A stretch of DNA of 62,269 bases, filler included. It is 5 parts of 5 records of this genome, joined end to end, with 100 filler letters (N's around TTAATTAATTAA, not from the genome) between each part and the next. Parts side by side here need not be neighbours in the genome. Positions count along the whole stretch, not along the records: positions 1 to 21,606 come from SRR2962707_4352; positions 21,707 to 30,125 come from SRR2962707_4360; 3 more parts are not named here. One strand, 5' to 3'. Positions 20,801 through 28,621 of the stretch are shown in pieces. Position 1 is the stretch's first letter. Every line of letters starts with the position of its first letter. Below the pieces are notes generated by a model. The model ran no database searches and had not been told where the DNA came from. It saw nothing but the letters and a program-made list of their open reading frames with translations. A program made the position numbers and the translations under genes.

Positions 20801-20980
20801 AATCCATTCCCGCAGTTGCCGGGCCTGAGGAATAGGTGTCTAAATCAGGGTCGGCTCATGCCGCGCTCCCGGAAGTCCTCCGCGGTGGAGCCGGCGGAAA
20901 CAATTTTCGGAACGGGCATGGTGCGCATCGGATTATTGCGATCAGCGCGGCACCCGCTCACAGCTTCAAGGCAGAACAAC

Positions 20981-21606
20981 ATGGACGGCGTTACAGTCAT
21001 CAACCACCCACTGGTGCAGCACAAGCTTACCATCATGCGCAAGAAGGAAACCTCGACAGCAGGTTTCAGACGGCTGTTGAGAGAGATTTCCACCCTGTTG
21101 TGCTACGAAGTCACCCGGGATCTCGAGTTGACAATGGAGACCATCGAAACCCCGCTGGTCGAAATCGAAGCGCCGGTTCTTGAAGGCAAGAAACTGGTGT
21201 TTGCCTCGATCCTGCGCGCCGGCAACGGCTTGCTGGAAGGCATGCTGGATCTGGTCCCTTCGGCGCGCGTTGCCCACATCGGCGTCTATCGCGATCACGA
21301 AACGCTGGAAGCCATCGAATATTATTTCAAGGCACCCGAGGATGTCAGCAACCGGTTGATCATCGTTGTCGACCCGATGCTTGCCACCGGCAATTCGTCG
21401 ATCGCCTCGATTGACAAGCTGAAAGAGCGCGGCGCCCGCAATATCCGGTTTCTCTGCCTTCTTGCAGCGCCTGAAGGCCTGCGCAATTTTCAGGCCGCTC
21501 ATCCGGATGTGCCGATCTACACCGCCTCGATCGACAGCCATCTCAATGAACAGGGCTATATTGTTCCCGGCCTGGGCGATGCCGGCGACCGCATGTACGG
21601 CACCAA
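20981..21606 (+). CDS. upp: Uracil phosphoribosyltransferase (stop codon cut off by contig end)
   Basis: [34 protein letters not shown]. Confidence 0.96.
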
Positions 21607-21706
21607 NNNNNNNNNNNNNNNNNNNNNNNNNNNNNNNNNNNNNNNNNNNNTTAATTAATTAANNNNNNNNNNNNNNNNNNNNNNNNNNNNNNNNNNNNNN
21701 NNNNNN
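21607..21706. other. Artificial contig linker
   Basis: 44 N + TTAATTAATTAA (stops in all six frames) + 44 N. Confidence 0.98.
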
Positions 21707-21735
21707 CAGGTGTTCGAGTCACCTATGCGGCACCA
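21707..21735 (+). repeat. att core, left copy (tRNA T-arm + acceptor 3' strand + CCA)
   Basis: CAGGTGTTCGAGTCACCTATGCGGCACCA, identical to 30097-30125. Confidence 0.92.
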
Positions 21736-21801
21736 TATAAATCATTGAAATTTATAACGTTTTTCACTGCGCGGTTTTTGCACCATCAGCGGATGATGCT
21801 T

Positions 21802-21823
21802 GGGGTACCGCCTGGGCGCCACC
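21802..21823 (+). repeat. Putative integrase arm-type sites, left end
   Basis: GGGGTACCGCCTGGGCGCCACC; CTGGGCGCCACC (21812-21823) recurs exactly at 29929-29940. Confidence 0.65.
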
Positions 21824-21953
21824 GCTCGCTGAATTGTGCGCCAAATCAATGATCCATGCTCCGGCGAGGGAGCCGATGAAACTCAAAACGACAACTGCCA
21901 GCGGCCATGACTTGCTTGGTCGAGAGCTGCTTGGTGCAGATTGACTGCGATGC

Positions 21954-22121
21954 CTAACTCTTGCCTTCCAGCGCGGCCTGGTCGCGGCGATCGGATTCTA
22001 GATCGTGCAGATATTTGAGGAATAGCACCCACGAGATCTGCTCGACATAATCCAGCTCATTGCCAATGCCTTCTTCGGCGCGAAGGTCTTTTTCAATGCT
22101 GTTAAAGGCGTTCTCGTACAT
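21954..22121 (-). pseudogene. hsdM: Truncated type I R-M methyltransferase subunit (HsdM N-terminus, 55 aa)
   Basis: Hand translation MYENAFNSIEKDLRAEEGIGNELDYVEQISWVLFLKYLHDLESDRRDQAALEGKS*; the ELDYxEQxSWxLFLKYL pattern is HsdM_N-like. Confidence 0.75.
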
Positions 22122-22155
22122 GCCCACTCAAATCAGTTGGCAGCTATGGCGCGCA

Positions 22156-23268
22156 CTATGATGCGAGCGTCCGAAGATAGGCAACCACCTGGGCTACAGT
22201 TTCGGCGTCGGGTTCTCCCGTTTTGCTTTTGTCCGGCGCGGCCTGCTGGGTCCAGAGCTCGTTCATGATTTGGCTTTGGCGGTGGGCGGACACGGCGCCG
22301 TAGCTGGTCAGTGTCGTCAACACCTGCTCGTGACCAAGGTTCTGGCTCCAGGACTTGAAGTCCTCAGTAGTGCGGCAGATGCGTTCGCCTAACAGCGCCA
22401 AGGTACTGCGGAAGCTGTGCGGGTTGAAATAGGGCAGCCCCGCTGACTCGAAGGCCGTCTTGAAGATGCGGCGGATGGCGGACGCATCCTTCCAGTGCTG
22501 GCGATCAAGACCAAGAGCCTCAAAGTGGCCGCTGGGGCCAAGGCCGACGCGGGTGGACGGAAACAGCGGATCATCGGGGCCGAACAGCTGTGTGTCTGTC
22601 AGTTCGTTGATCCAGTCGGCAACGATCTGCTCGAACTCTGCACCGACCGGGAAAAACCCCGAGACAAAGCTCTTGCGCGCCTTGGTCCGGACGGTCCGGG
22701 CATCCTGATCGACCGTGCGGCGAGCTAGGTTGATGTGGCGCAGAGACAGCGAGGCGATGGCATCGTCGCGCGCCCCGCTGAGCAGAGCAAAGGCGAACAC
22801 AGCGCGATCACGCCGCTGGAGGATAGTTTCAATCGGCATGGCCAAGAGGGCGTGCAGGATCTGTTCAATGCTGGGGACGGGCCGCTGCCGTGATGCGCCA
22901 GCGATCCGCGCATCATTGGCGCTGGTGTTGAAATAGTCGGCGTCGGAATAGGTGATCTTGGATTTGTAGCCCGGCTGGCCAGCGAGCCATTTGAAGAATG
23001 CCTTCAGCGCCATCAGGCGTGAATGGATGGTGGCGGTGGCCAAGGGCTTGCCGGTGGAGCTATTCTTCATCTCCTGCAACTGGCGCTTGAACTTGCGTGC
23101 CTGCTCAAGATGGAATTGCTTGAAATCACGGCAACCAGTGCCCTGCTCAAACAAGGCGATGGCTGCTGCGACCTGGTCAACGGAAGACGATGCCATGCGA
23201 TTGGCCTCTTCCAGATAGGTCAGGTATTTGCGCTTGATCCGCTCATTGTCGGGGTGATGCTTAGACAT
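22156..23268 (-). CDS. Tyrosine recombinase without an obvious arm-binding domain
   Basis: LSGARDD (R), RTK (K), PHSFRS (HxxR), NLGHE, TSYG (Y). Confidence 0.9.
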   Translation of the reverse strand: MSKHHPDNERIKRKYLTYLEEANRMASSSVDQVAAAIALFEQGTGCRDFKQFHLEQARKFKRQLQEMKNSSTGKPLATATIHSRLMALKAFFKWLAGQPGYKSKITYSDADYFNTSANDARIAGASRQRPVPSIEQILHALLAMPIETILQRRDRAVFAFALLSGARDDAIASLSLRHINLARRTVDQDARTVRTKARKSFVSGFFPVGAEFEQIVADWINELTDTQLFGPDDPLFPSTRVGLGPSGHFEALGLDRQHWKDASAIRRIFKTAFESAGLPYFNPHSFRSTLALLGERICRTTEDFKSWSQNLGHEQVLTTLTSYGAVSAHRQSQIMNELWTQQAAPDKSKTGEPDAETVAQVVAYLRTLAS

Positions 23269-23761
23269 GGTTGTCAGGCTCCTTGGGGTGGGTCTCATTC
23301 AGGCAGGGTGTGGTGCTATCCTTTAGGTGTTCGATGCCATCCGGGGCCGACACATCCAGAATCCGCCGCAGGGCCATCAGATTGGCCAGCCCAGTGCGCC
23401 TGTGCATGAGGGTGGAGCACTCCGGGCAGATCGCCCGGAGGTTGCCGCTGGTGGGCGTCATCGGCAGATACTCAACCATCAGACCGGCCGGCACGCGGGG
23501 TTCGCGGCATTTGACGCAGAAGCATTCATTCGGCTGACACTTGCGACCCTTGCGCGGCTGGCGCTGGTGATAGGCAATCAGCTCAGACCCCAGGATTAGG
23601 GCAGGCTTCTGGTCGGTGATTGCCGGTAGGCCATCCTTGATCCAGCGCCGGACGGTGATCTCAGCTACGCCGAGCGTGCGCGAGACCTCGTCCACTGTGT
23701 AGTTACGGTGGCGCTTGATGCGCTGCCAGTTCGGCTTGCGGGAAGCCACTGCGCTAGCCAT
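23261..23761 (-). CDS. HTH (excisionase/MerR-like) plus zinc-ribbon protein
   Basis: YTVDEVSRTLGVAEITVRRWIKDGL HTH; CVKC...CPEC Cys pairs; overlaps both neighbouring genes. Confidence 0.8.
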   Translation of the reverse strand: MASAVASRKPNWQRIKRHRNYTVDEVSRTLGVAEITVRRWIKDGLPAITDQKPALILGSELIAYHQRQPRKGRKCQPNECFCVKCREPRVPAGLMVEYLPMTPTSGNLRAICPECSTLMHRRTGLANLMALRRILDVSAPDGIEHLKDSTTPCLNETHPKEPDNHV

Positions 23762-23969
23762 TGTCCGAGGTGGAGGTGCGCTTGTGCGCGGCCAGCCAGT
23801 TGTCGAGGTCATCCTGATCATAGACCACGACGCGACCAACCCGCATGTAGGGGCAGCCGCCGCCATGCACACGGAGCTTTTCAAGGGTCGATTTGGCAAG
23901 GCCTGTATAAATGGCCGCATCACGGGTCCGCAGTTTGCGGCGGTGGTTCTGGGGGGCGGGGGTGTTCAT
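23754..23969 (-). CDS. AlpA/excisionase-like HTH protein
   Basis: LRTRDAAIYTGLAKSTLEKLRVHGGGCPYMRVGRVVVYDQDDLDNWL. Confidence 0.88.
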   Translation of the reverse strand: MNTPAPQNHRRKLRTRDAAIYTGLAKSTLEKLRVHGGGCPYMRVGRVVVYDQDDLDNWLAAHKRTSTSDNG

Positions 23970-24045
23970 CTGGCAAGTCTCCGGCAAGCACCGGATTGGC
24001 GCTGCATCTGGAGCGAACTTGCGGAAGCTGATGGAGAGAGCGGGC

Positions 24046-24092
24046 GCCAAACCGTCCATTTGGCAGTTGGCGTAATTTGGCGCGTTTTGGCG
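24046..24092. promoter_or_regulatory. Phased TTGGCG repeats upstream of the alpA-like gene
   Basis: TTGGCG at 24067, 24077 and 24087 (10-bp period), TTGGCA at 24060, inverted CGCCAA near 24046. Confidence 0.5.
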
Positions 24093-24095
24093 CGG

Positions 24096-25829
24096 CTATT
24101 TGGGTTTTAGCGCACGCAAAACCGTGGTCGCGGAGACTGGGCTACTGCCGTTCTTGGCGTGCCAATGATTGATGGTAATGAGTCGTTGCTTGATAGCCAG
24201 GCCCTTCGGTGGACCCGAAGGATAGCACTCTGCCAATGCCTGCCGTGTTGCAGCGAGTTTGTCGGCCTTGCGTCTTTTCCGCGTCCCTGAGGGAACAGGG
24301 GACCCGGCCGAAATAGCCATATGTGCACCCGTGAACTCAGGAAACTGGTTCAACAGCGGATCGCGTTTAATTTGGATACCAAACCACCGCGGCTTGTCCT
24401 CTCCAAACGCGGTGAACTGGCCGCCATAGCCTTTCAAAATGTCATCGATGAAGCTCACATAGTGACGTTCTCGAAACTGCTCGGGATCTGTCGTGGCCAG
24501 TTCCCAATAGGGGGCGGGGATGATTTCTCGCACGCGTTTGTGGTTCAACCCTGTGGCGCCAAGCTTTTCGCGGAACAGCGCGTCGAACAGAATCTCAGCT
24601 CCCCTGTCATCGAGGTCAGCACCGGCAATCTCGGCGGAGGACAAGACTTGCCCCTTGCAGCCCACCCATTGTGCCGCTTCCCATAGGGTCCAGTCTGGAT
24701 TGGCGAGATCAAAGGCCGGTGTGATGGTCTCGTCACTTACCGGCGGCCAAAGGCCGATTACAGCAGAGCGCAGGAAAGTTAGTTCGGTGTAAGCGGCCTT
24801 TAGGCTGACCGAACGCTGGATGACGTAGTCGGCCCCTTTCAAGTTCCCTGCCAGCTCAAGATAGGGCCATTTGTGGGCAGGGATCTGCACCGCCTCTCCA
24901 GCGGCGTCGAGCCCGGTTGCGCTGATTGAGCCTTCAGCCAGATATCGCCACAAGTCCTCCCGTGCACTTTTCACCGAAAGCACTTTCGTCTCTTTGTCCG
25001 CGTCGAGAGCCTCCAGCATTCCAAGCTCCGAAAGAGAACTTGCATCAAGGGAACGCAGCTCTGCACCTTCGGCGAACCACCAGTCTGCGCCGCCGTCCAG
25101 TGGCACCCTGCAATTTGTTGGGAACCACTCCCAACACTCGGTCCGATATGCCGTCCAGCTATCGCGAACCGCATCAACAGTACGCATCGAGATCCAGGCG
25201 ACTGTCATGGCGAGAGACCAGACCGGCTCCGCCATTGGGTTGAATCTGGAAGCGGGCGGCGAGGTAGCGAACGGACGCAGTCCCCATTTTGCCGCTGATG
25301 CCTCGGCTTCCTTCGCCGGAAGGACGCCGTCCATGACCAGACCGATTAGACAGTCTCGCAGCGCAAACACCGGCGGGAGGTCTCGGCCGCGCGGATTTTT
25401 AACTTTTGATTTGAGCTGGGCGAGCCACGCATCAAGCTGGCCACGCCGGATGATCGGTGTTCGCTCTGCGATGGCATCCCAATAGTCTCCGTGGCCGGCC
25501 CCAATCTCGGAAGCGAGAAAAAACCGCTCGGGAAAGAACGCTGTCGTCCATTCCTGCGGCGGAATGGCGAAGTGTTCTGCTGAACCCGGTTCGCGTACTA
25601 GCGCCTCAAGTTCGCCGTGGGCAAACGGCCGAATGAACTCGGCGAGCTGGGCATTGGTCACTGCATCGAGCTCAGCAATCTGCCTTGTCACAACAGACGG
25701 GGGAAGTTGAGAGATCAGAATGGCGGGCCGCAGTTCCGCAACGGGCGATCCGCCGTTCCAGAGTAAATCATGGAACAGGTCAAAGGCAGCAGTGAGGGAG
25801 ATGTAACCTTCGGGGATCAAATCGACCAT
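24096..25829 (-). CDS. Hypothetical ~577-aa protein with three internal repeats and a C-terminal HTH-like end
   Basis: Long ORF with three copies of a SL/TLxxAxxW...LxA(T)G...IPxxxW...R pattern; ends in VSATTVLRAL. Confidence 0.75.
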   Translation of the reverse strand: MVDLIPEGYISLTAAFDLFHDLLWNGGSPVAELRPAILISQLPPSVVTRQIAELDAVTNAQLAEFIRPFAHGELEALVREPGSAEHFAIPPQEWTTAFFPERFFLASEIGAGHGDYWDAIAERTPIIRRGQLDAWLAQLKSKVKNPRGRDLPPVFALRDCLIGLVMDGVLPAKEAEASAAKWGLRPFATSPPASRFNPMAEPVWSLAMTVAWISMRTVDAVRDSWTAYRTECWEWFPTNCRVPLDGGADWWFAEGAELRSLDASSLSELGMLEALDADKETKVLSVKSAREDLWRYLAEGSISATGLDAAGEAVQIPAHKWPYLELAGNLKGADYVIQRSVSLKAAYTELTFLRSAVIGLWPPVSDETITPAFDLANPDWTLWEAAQWVGCKGQVLSSAEIAGADLDDRGAEILFDALFREKLGATGLNHKRVREIIPAPYWELATTDPEQFRERHYVSFIDDILKGYGGQFTAFGEDKPRWFGIQIKRDPLLNQFPEFTGAHMAISAGSPVPSGTRKRRKADKLAATRQALAECYPSGPPKGLAIKQRLITINHWHAKNGSSPVSATTVLRALKPK

Positions 25830-26160
25830 GCGCAGATGTTTGCCCAAGCGTAAGTCTGACTCAAGCGGAGATCGCCACAAAAATTCAATTGCTTTTTGCC
25901 TTAGACGCGGACGTCTTTCGGACCGTCGTCCGTGTCGGTGCGACTACTGACGTCACGCGTCCGCATTGGTCCGATGTGGGCGAGATCTGCAGCTTATCCA
26001 CAGACTGCACGACGGTGAGCAGTAATTGTTGAGCATGTCACGTTCCCGTGAGAGCTTGTCGTTAACGGATTGGTAATGAGCGATTTGATGGAGGACGCCA
26101 CATGCGCTTTGTTTATCAGCGCTCTACTGCGCGCGCCAACGCCATGGCAGATCAAGGCTG

Positions 26161-26753
26161 ATGGCGCTAGATGGGGAGAGCGCAGCAGCCGAGGCAGGTG
26201 ACGGCGCGCGTGCCGCGACCGGTTCGGCACTAAAGATATTTCAGGCTCGTCAGCAGGAAGACATTCTCGCCGTCCGCGACATCACGCTCGAATACCACGC
26301 CGAGAGCCGCTACGCGCATATCCTCTTTTCGGAACGTAAGTTCATCCGCCTCTTCTCCAAGGCGATCAGCAATCCCAGTGACACGCTGGCGCTCTATGTG
26401 CAGCACAATGGCAGGACGGTCGGCCTGCTCAATGCCGGCGCTGGCGACTACTATTCGGCGAGGGCGGCAGGATGGTCACCGTCTATGCGCTCTATGTCTC
26501 CAAGGCCGTCCGCGCCACGACGCTGGGCGGCCGCATCACCATCAAGCTGCTGCGGATATTGAATGACTGGGCCAAGGCGCAGAAGGCCGAGGAAGTGCAT
26601 GTGCATGTGACGTCAGGGGTGCAGCCGGAACGCACGGACCGGCTGCTGAGACGACTGGGGTATCGGACGTATGGGGGGAATTATGCGGTCAGGGGGGCAC
26701 AGGAAGTCGTTGAAGGCTCTGGCAACGGTTTTCTGTCGCGCCCCACACCATGA
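26161..26753 (+). pseudogene. GNAT-family acetyltransferase with a 1-nt frameshift near 26455
   Basis: First frame ...EYHAESRYAHI...VGLLNAGAGDYY; second frame GEGGRMVTVYALYVSKAVRATTLGGRITIKLL...WAKAQKAEEV...RLGYRTYGGNY. One added base joins them. Confidence 0.75.
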
Positions 26754-26780
26754 ATATTAATGTTCCGAAGGCAGAAGACC

Positions 26781-27248
26781 ATGTCTAGACAGAATCCCAC
26801 GCAGATGGCGAAGGGCGGATGGCTGTTGGCAGTAGCAACCTTTTTGCTCTTTCTGTCGGCGTGCGCACAGGTACCTGTGGAGCCCAATAGTCCCTACTTC
26901 AAGCGATTGATTGCGGCGGCCGAGACCAACAACAATGCACCGGTCGAACTCCTAGAACCACGTTCGTCGCGTCACGAATCTAGCATTATTCAAGACCTAA
27001 TTGGCGACGGCTTTGAGCCTCAGACAAGCAGCGGCGAGTCAAGACACCGCCTGGGACACATTGTCTGTGAGGGAATCTCCCTTGTTAGGGTGTCAGGGGA
27101 AGGCGAAACTCCAACGTATTTTGTTCGTCTCTTGTGGGGCGGACCATTGACTTTACCGCCATTCACGGTGTTCGGCATCGACGTCTATCGAGATGAGAGC
27201 TGTGCAGTAACGAGAATCGTGGGCGCTAAGCGTCTGCAAGCAATATAG
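26781..27248 (+). CDS. Putative lipoprotein (cassette A)
   Basis: Hydrophobic leader WLLAVATFLLFLSAC ending in a lipobox; start codon uncertain (26760/26781/26805). Confidence 0.65.
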   Translation: MSRQNPTQMAKGGWLLAVATFLLFLSACAQVPVEPNSPYFKRLIAAAETNNNAPVELLEPRSSRHESSIIQDLIGDGFEPQTSSGESRHRLGHIVCEGISLVRVSGEGETPTYFVRLLWGGPLTLPPFTVFGIDVYRDESCAVTRIVGAKRLQAI

Positions 27249-27271
27249 TGGAATATGGGACATGGGCACGC

Positions 27272-27361
27272 TCAGGGGTGCAGCCGGAGCGCACGGACCG
27301 GCTGCTGCGGCGACTGGGGTATCGGACGTATGGGGGGAAATATGTGGCAATTATCGAATGA
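27272..27361 (+). repeat. Second copy of the GNAT 3' end
   Basis: 27272-27347 matches 26613-26688 at 71/76 nt; reads SGVQPERTDRLLRRLGYRTYGGKYVAIIE*. Confidence 0.92.
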
Positions 27362-27454
27362 CCTTCTCACAACACCTCGTTGGCTAGCGTTAAAGTTGGA
27401 ATCGCCAGGCGCTGATCCGGTTCTAAAAAGAGAAATCGCGACGAAAGAAGAAAG

Positions 27455-27999
27455 ATGCTGAGACGATTGTTTTCTGCGTTCATCTCCTTGATACTTCTTG
27501 TTGGGCCCACGCCATTGGCCTTCGAAATCGATCTAGTTTGCCCTGACCTGTCGGAGATGTTATCAACCTCAGAAATTGCACTATCAACAACCGTCAAGTC
27601 CGTGACGGCCTACGGCGTCCTAAGGCAGTCGGCCTATGGGCTCGAAAGCGCTTCGCGAGGGACTTCTCGTATGTCATCACCGTTGAATCCGTCTTGAAAA
27701 CGCACAAGTCTCCCCGCGATTGGTGGGTCGCCGAACCTTCTGTGCTTACGTTCTCAGCGTGTCCAAACTGCTCCGCCGAGGACGCACTTGAATTCGCCGC
27801 TACGGCTGGATCTAGACGATTGCTGCTGGGTAGTCGGCCTTCACTGCCGGGTCTGCTTGGCATTCCAGCGGCATTAACGAGCCTTGAGCTTTCGTTCGAT
27901 GTCGTGGGTGGGAGCGTTTGCGCCGACCTTCAGATCGATCCGTCGGGCGCAAGTGCCGCAATCGAAGCAGCCTTGGGCGGCAAGATTGGGCTCAACTGA
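27455..27999 (+). pseudogene. Putative secreted protein, frameshifted (cassette B)
   Basis: Signal peptide MLRRLFSAFISLILLVGPTPLA; the alternate frame DFSYVITVESVLKTHK continues into ORF 27694-27999, implying a shift at ~27620-27655. Confidence 0.55.
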
Positions 28000-28154
28000 T
28001 CCGCATGGTCTGCGACTGGGCCAAGGCGCAAGGCGCCGAAGAACTGCACATTCACTCAACATCCGGTATTGACCCTGAGAGGACCGATAAGCTGCTAACG
28101 CGGCTTGGGTTCAAGGCCTATGGCGGAAATTACGCGGTGAGGCTGGAGAATTGA
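27973..28154 (+). repeat. Third, diverged copy of the GNAT 3' end
   Basis: LGGKIGL-(1-nt gap)-LIRMVCDWAKAQGAEELHIHSTSGIDPERTDKLLTRLGFKAYGGNYAVRLEN* aligns with LGGRITIKLLRILNDWAKAQKAEEVHVHVTSGVQPERTDRLLRRLGYRTYGGNYAVR. Confidence 0.88.
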
Positions 28155-28441
28155 ATAGAGATGAGATTAGGCAAAGTACGGTATTAAATTTTGGCAGGTT
28201 GTCATTATTGGTGGCTTTTTTTATCGTTGCGTTTGTCTTGACTGCAATTTCTCCTAAAAATATTGCAATTTATATTGTTCCAGCGGGACTTATATCTGGG
28301 CTGGTGTTGATTTTTACTGCGCTTGGAAATTTTAATTACATTTTTAACTACAGGATGCCGGATTTAGAAATTCCAGCAGACATTGGGATTCGGGAGCGCT
28401 TCTTGTTCAAGTTTGTTGTTGCGGAGCTTGTCGATGACTGA
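28151..28441 (+). CDS. Small two-TM membrane protein, AT-rich (cassette C)
   Basis: Two hydrophobic segments; TTG start overlaps the TGA of GNAT copy 3; visibly AT-richer than its flanks. Confidence 0.6.
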   Translation: MNRDEIRQSTVLNFGRLSLLVAFFIVAFVLTAISPKNIAIYIVPAGLISGLVLIFTALGNFNYIFNYRMPDLEIPADIGIRERFLFKFVVAELVDD

Positions 28442-28621
28442 TGCTACCAGAACTGTAAAAGAGGCTGGATTCTACGGCCAGATGGCGCCTTGGGGAAAAT
28501 GTGTAGATTGGCTTGGTTCTGCCGATGGGCAGTATTCAGGATGGGTGAAGGGCTTTACAATGGCGCATATTTGCCGCCTGAATGTCGAAGAAAGTGGAAC
28601 CTCTTCGAGCCCCAGCGCACT

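Noticed and set aside
21651-21662. TTAATTAATTAA motif recurring four times in the window
   Set aside because: Always embedded in N runs; an artificial six-frame-stop linker.
25904-25936. Hairpin GACGCGGACG...CGTCCGTGTC as a possible oriT
   Set aside because: A single imperfect stem with no recognisable nick site; insufficient evidence.
27455-27469. ORF B start ATGCTGAGACGATTG resembles GNAT CTGCTGAGACGACTG
   Set aside because: Only 13/15 nt with no extension; likely chance.
26613-28154. GNAT repeats read as a CRISPR array or attC sites
   Set aside because: They are protein-coding in origin, unequal in length, separated by gene-sized spacers, and show no cas genes or attC-like palindromic structure.
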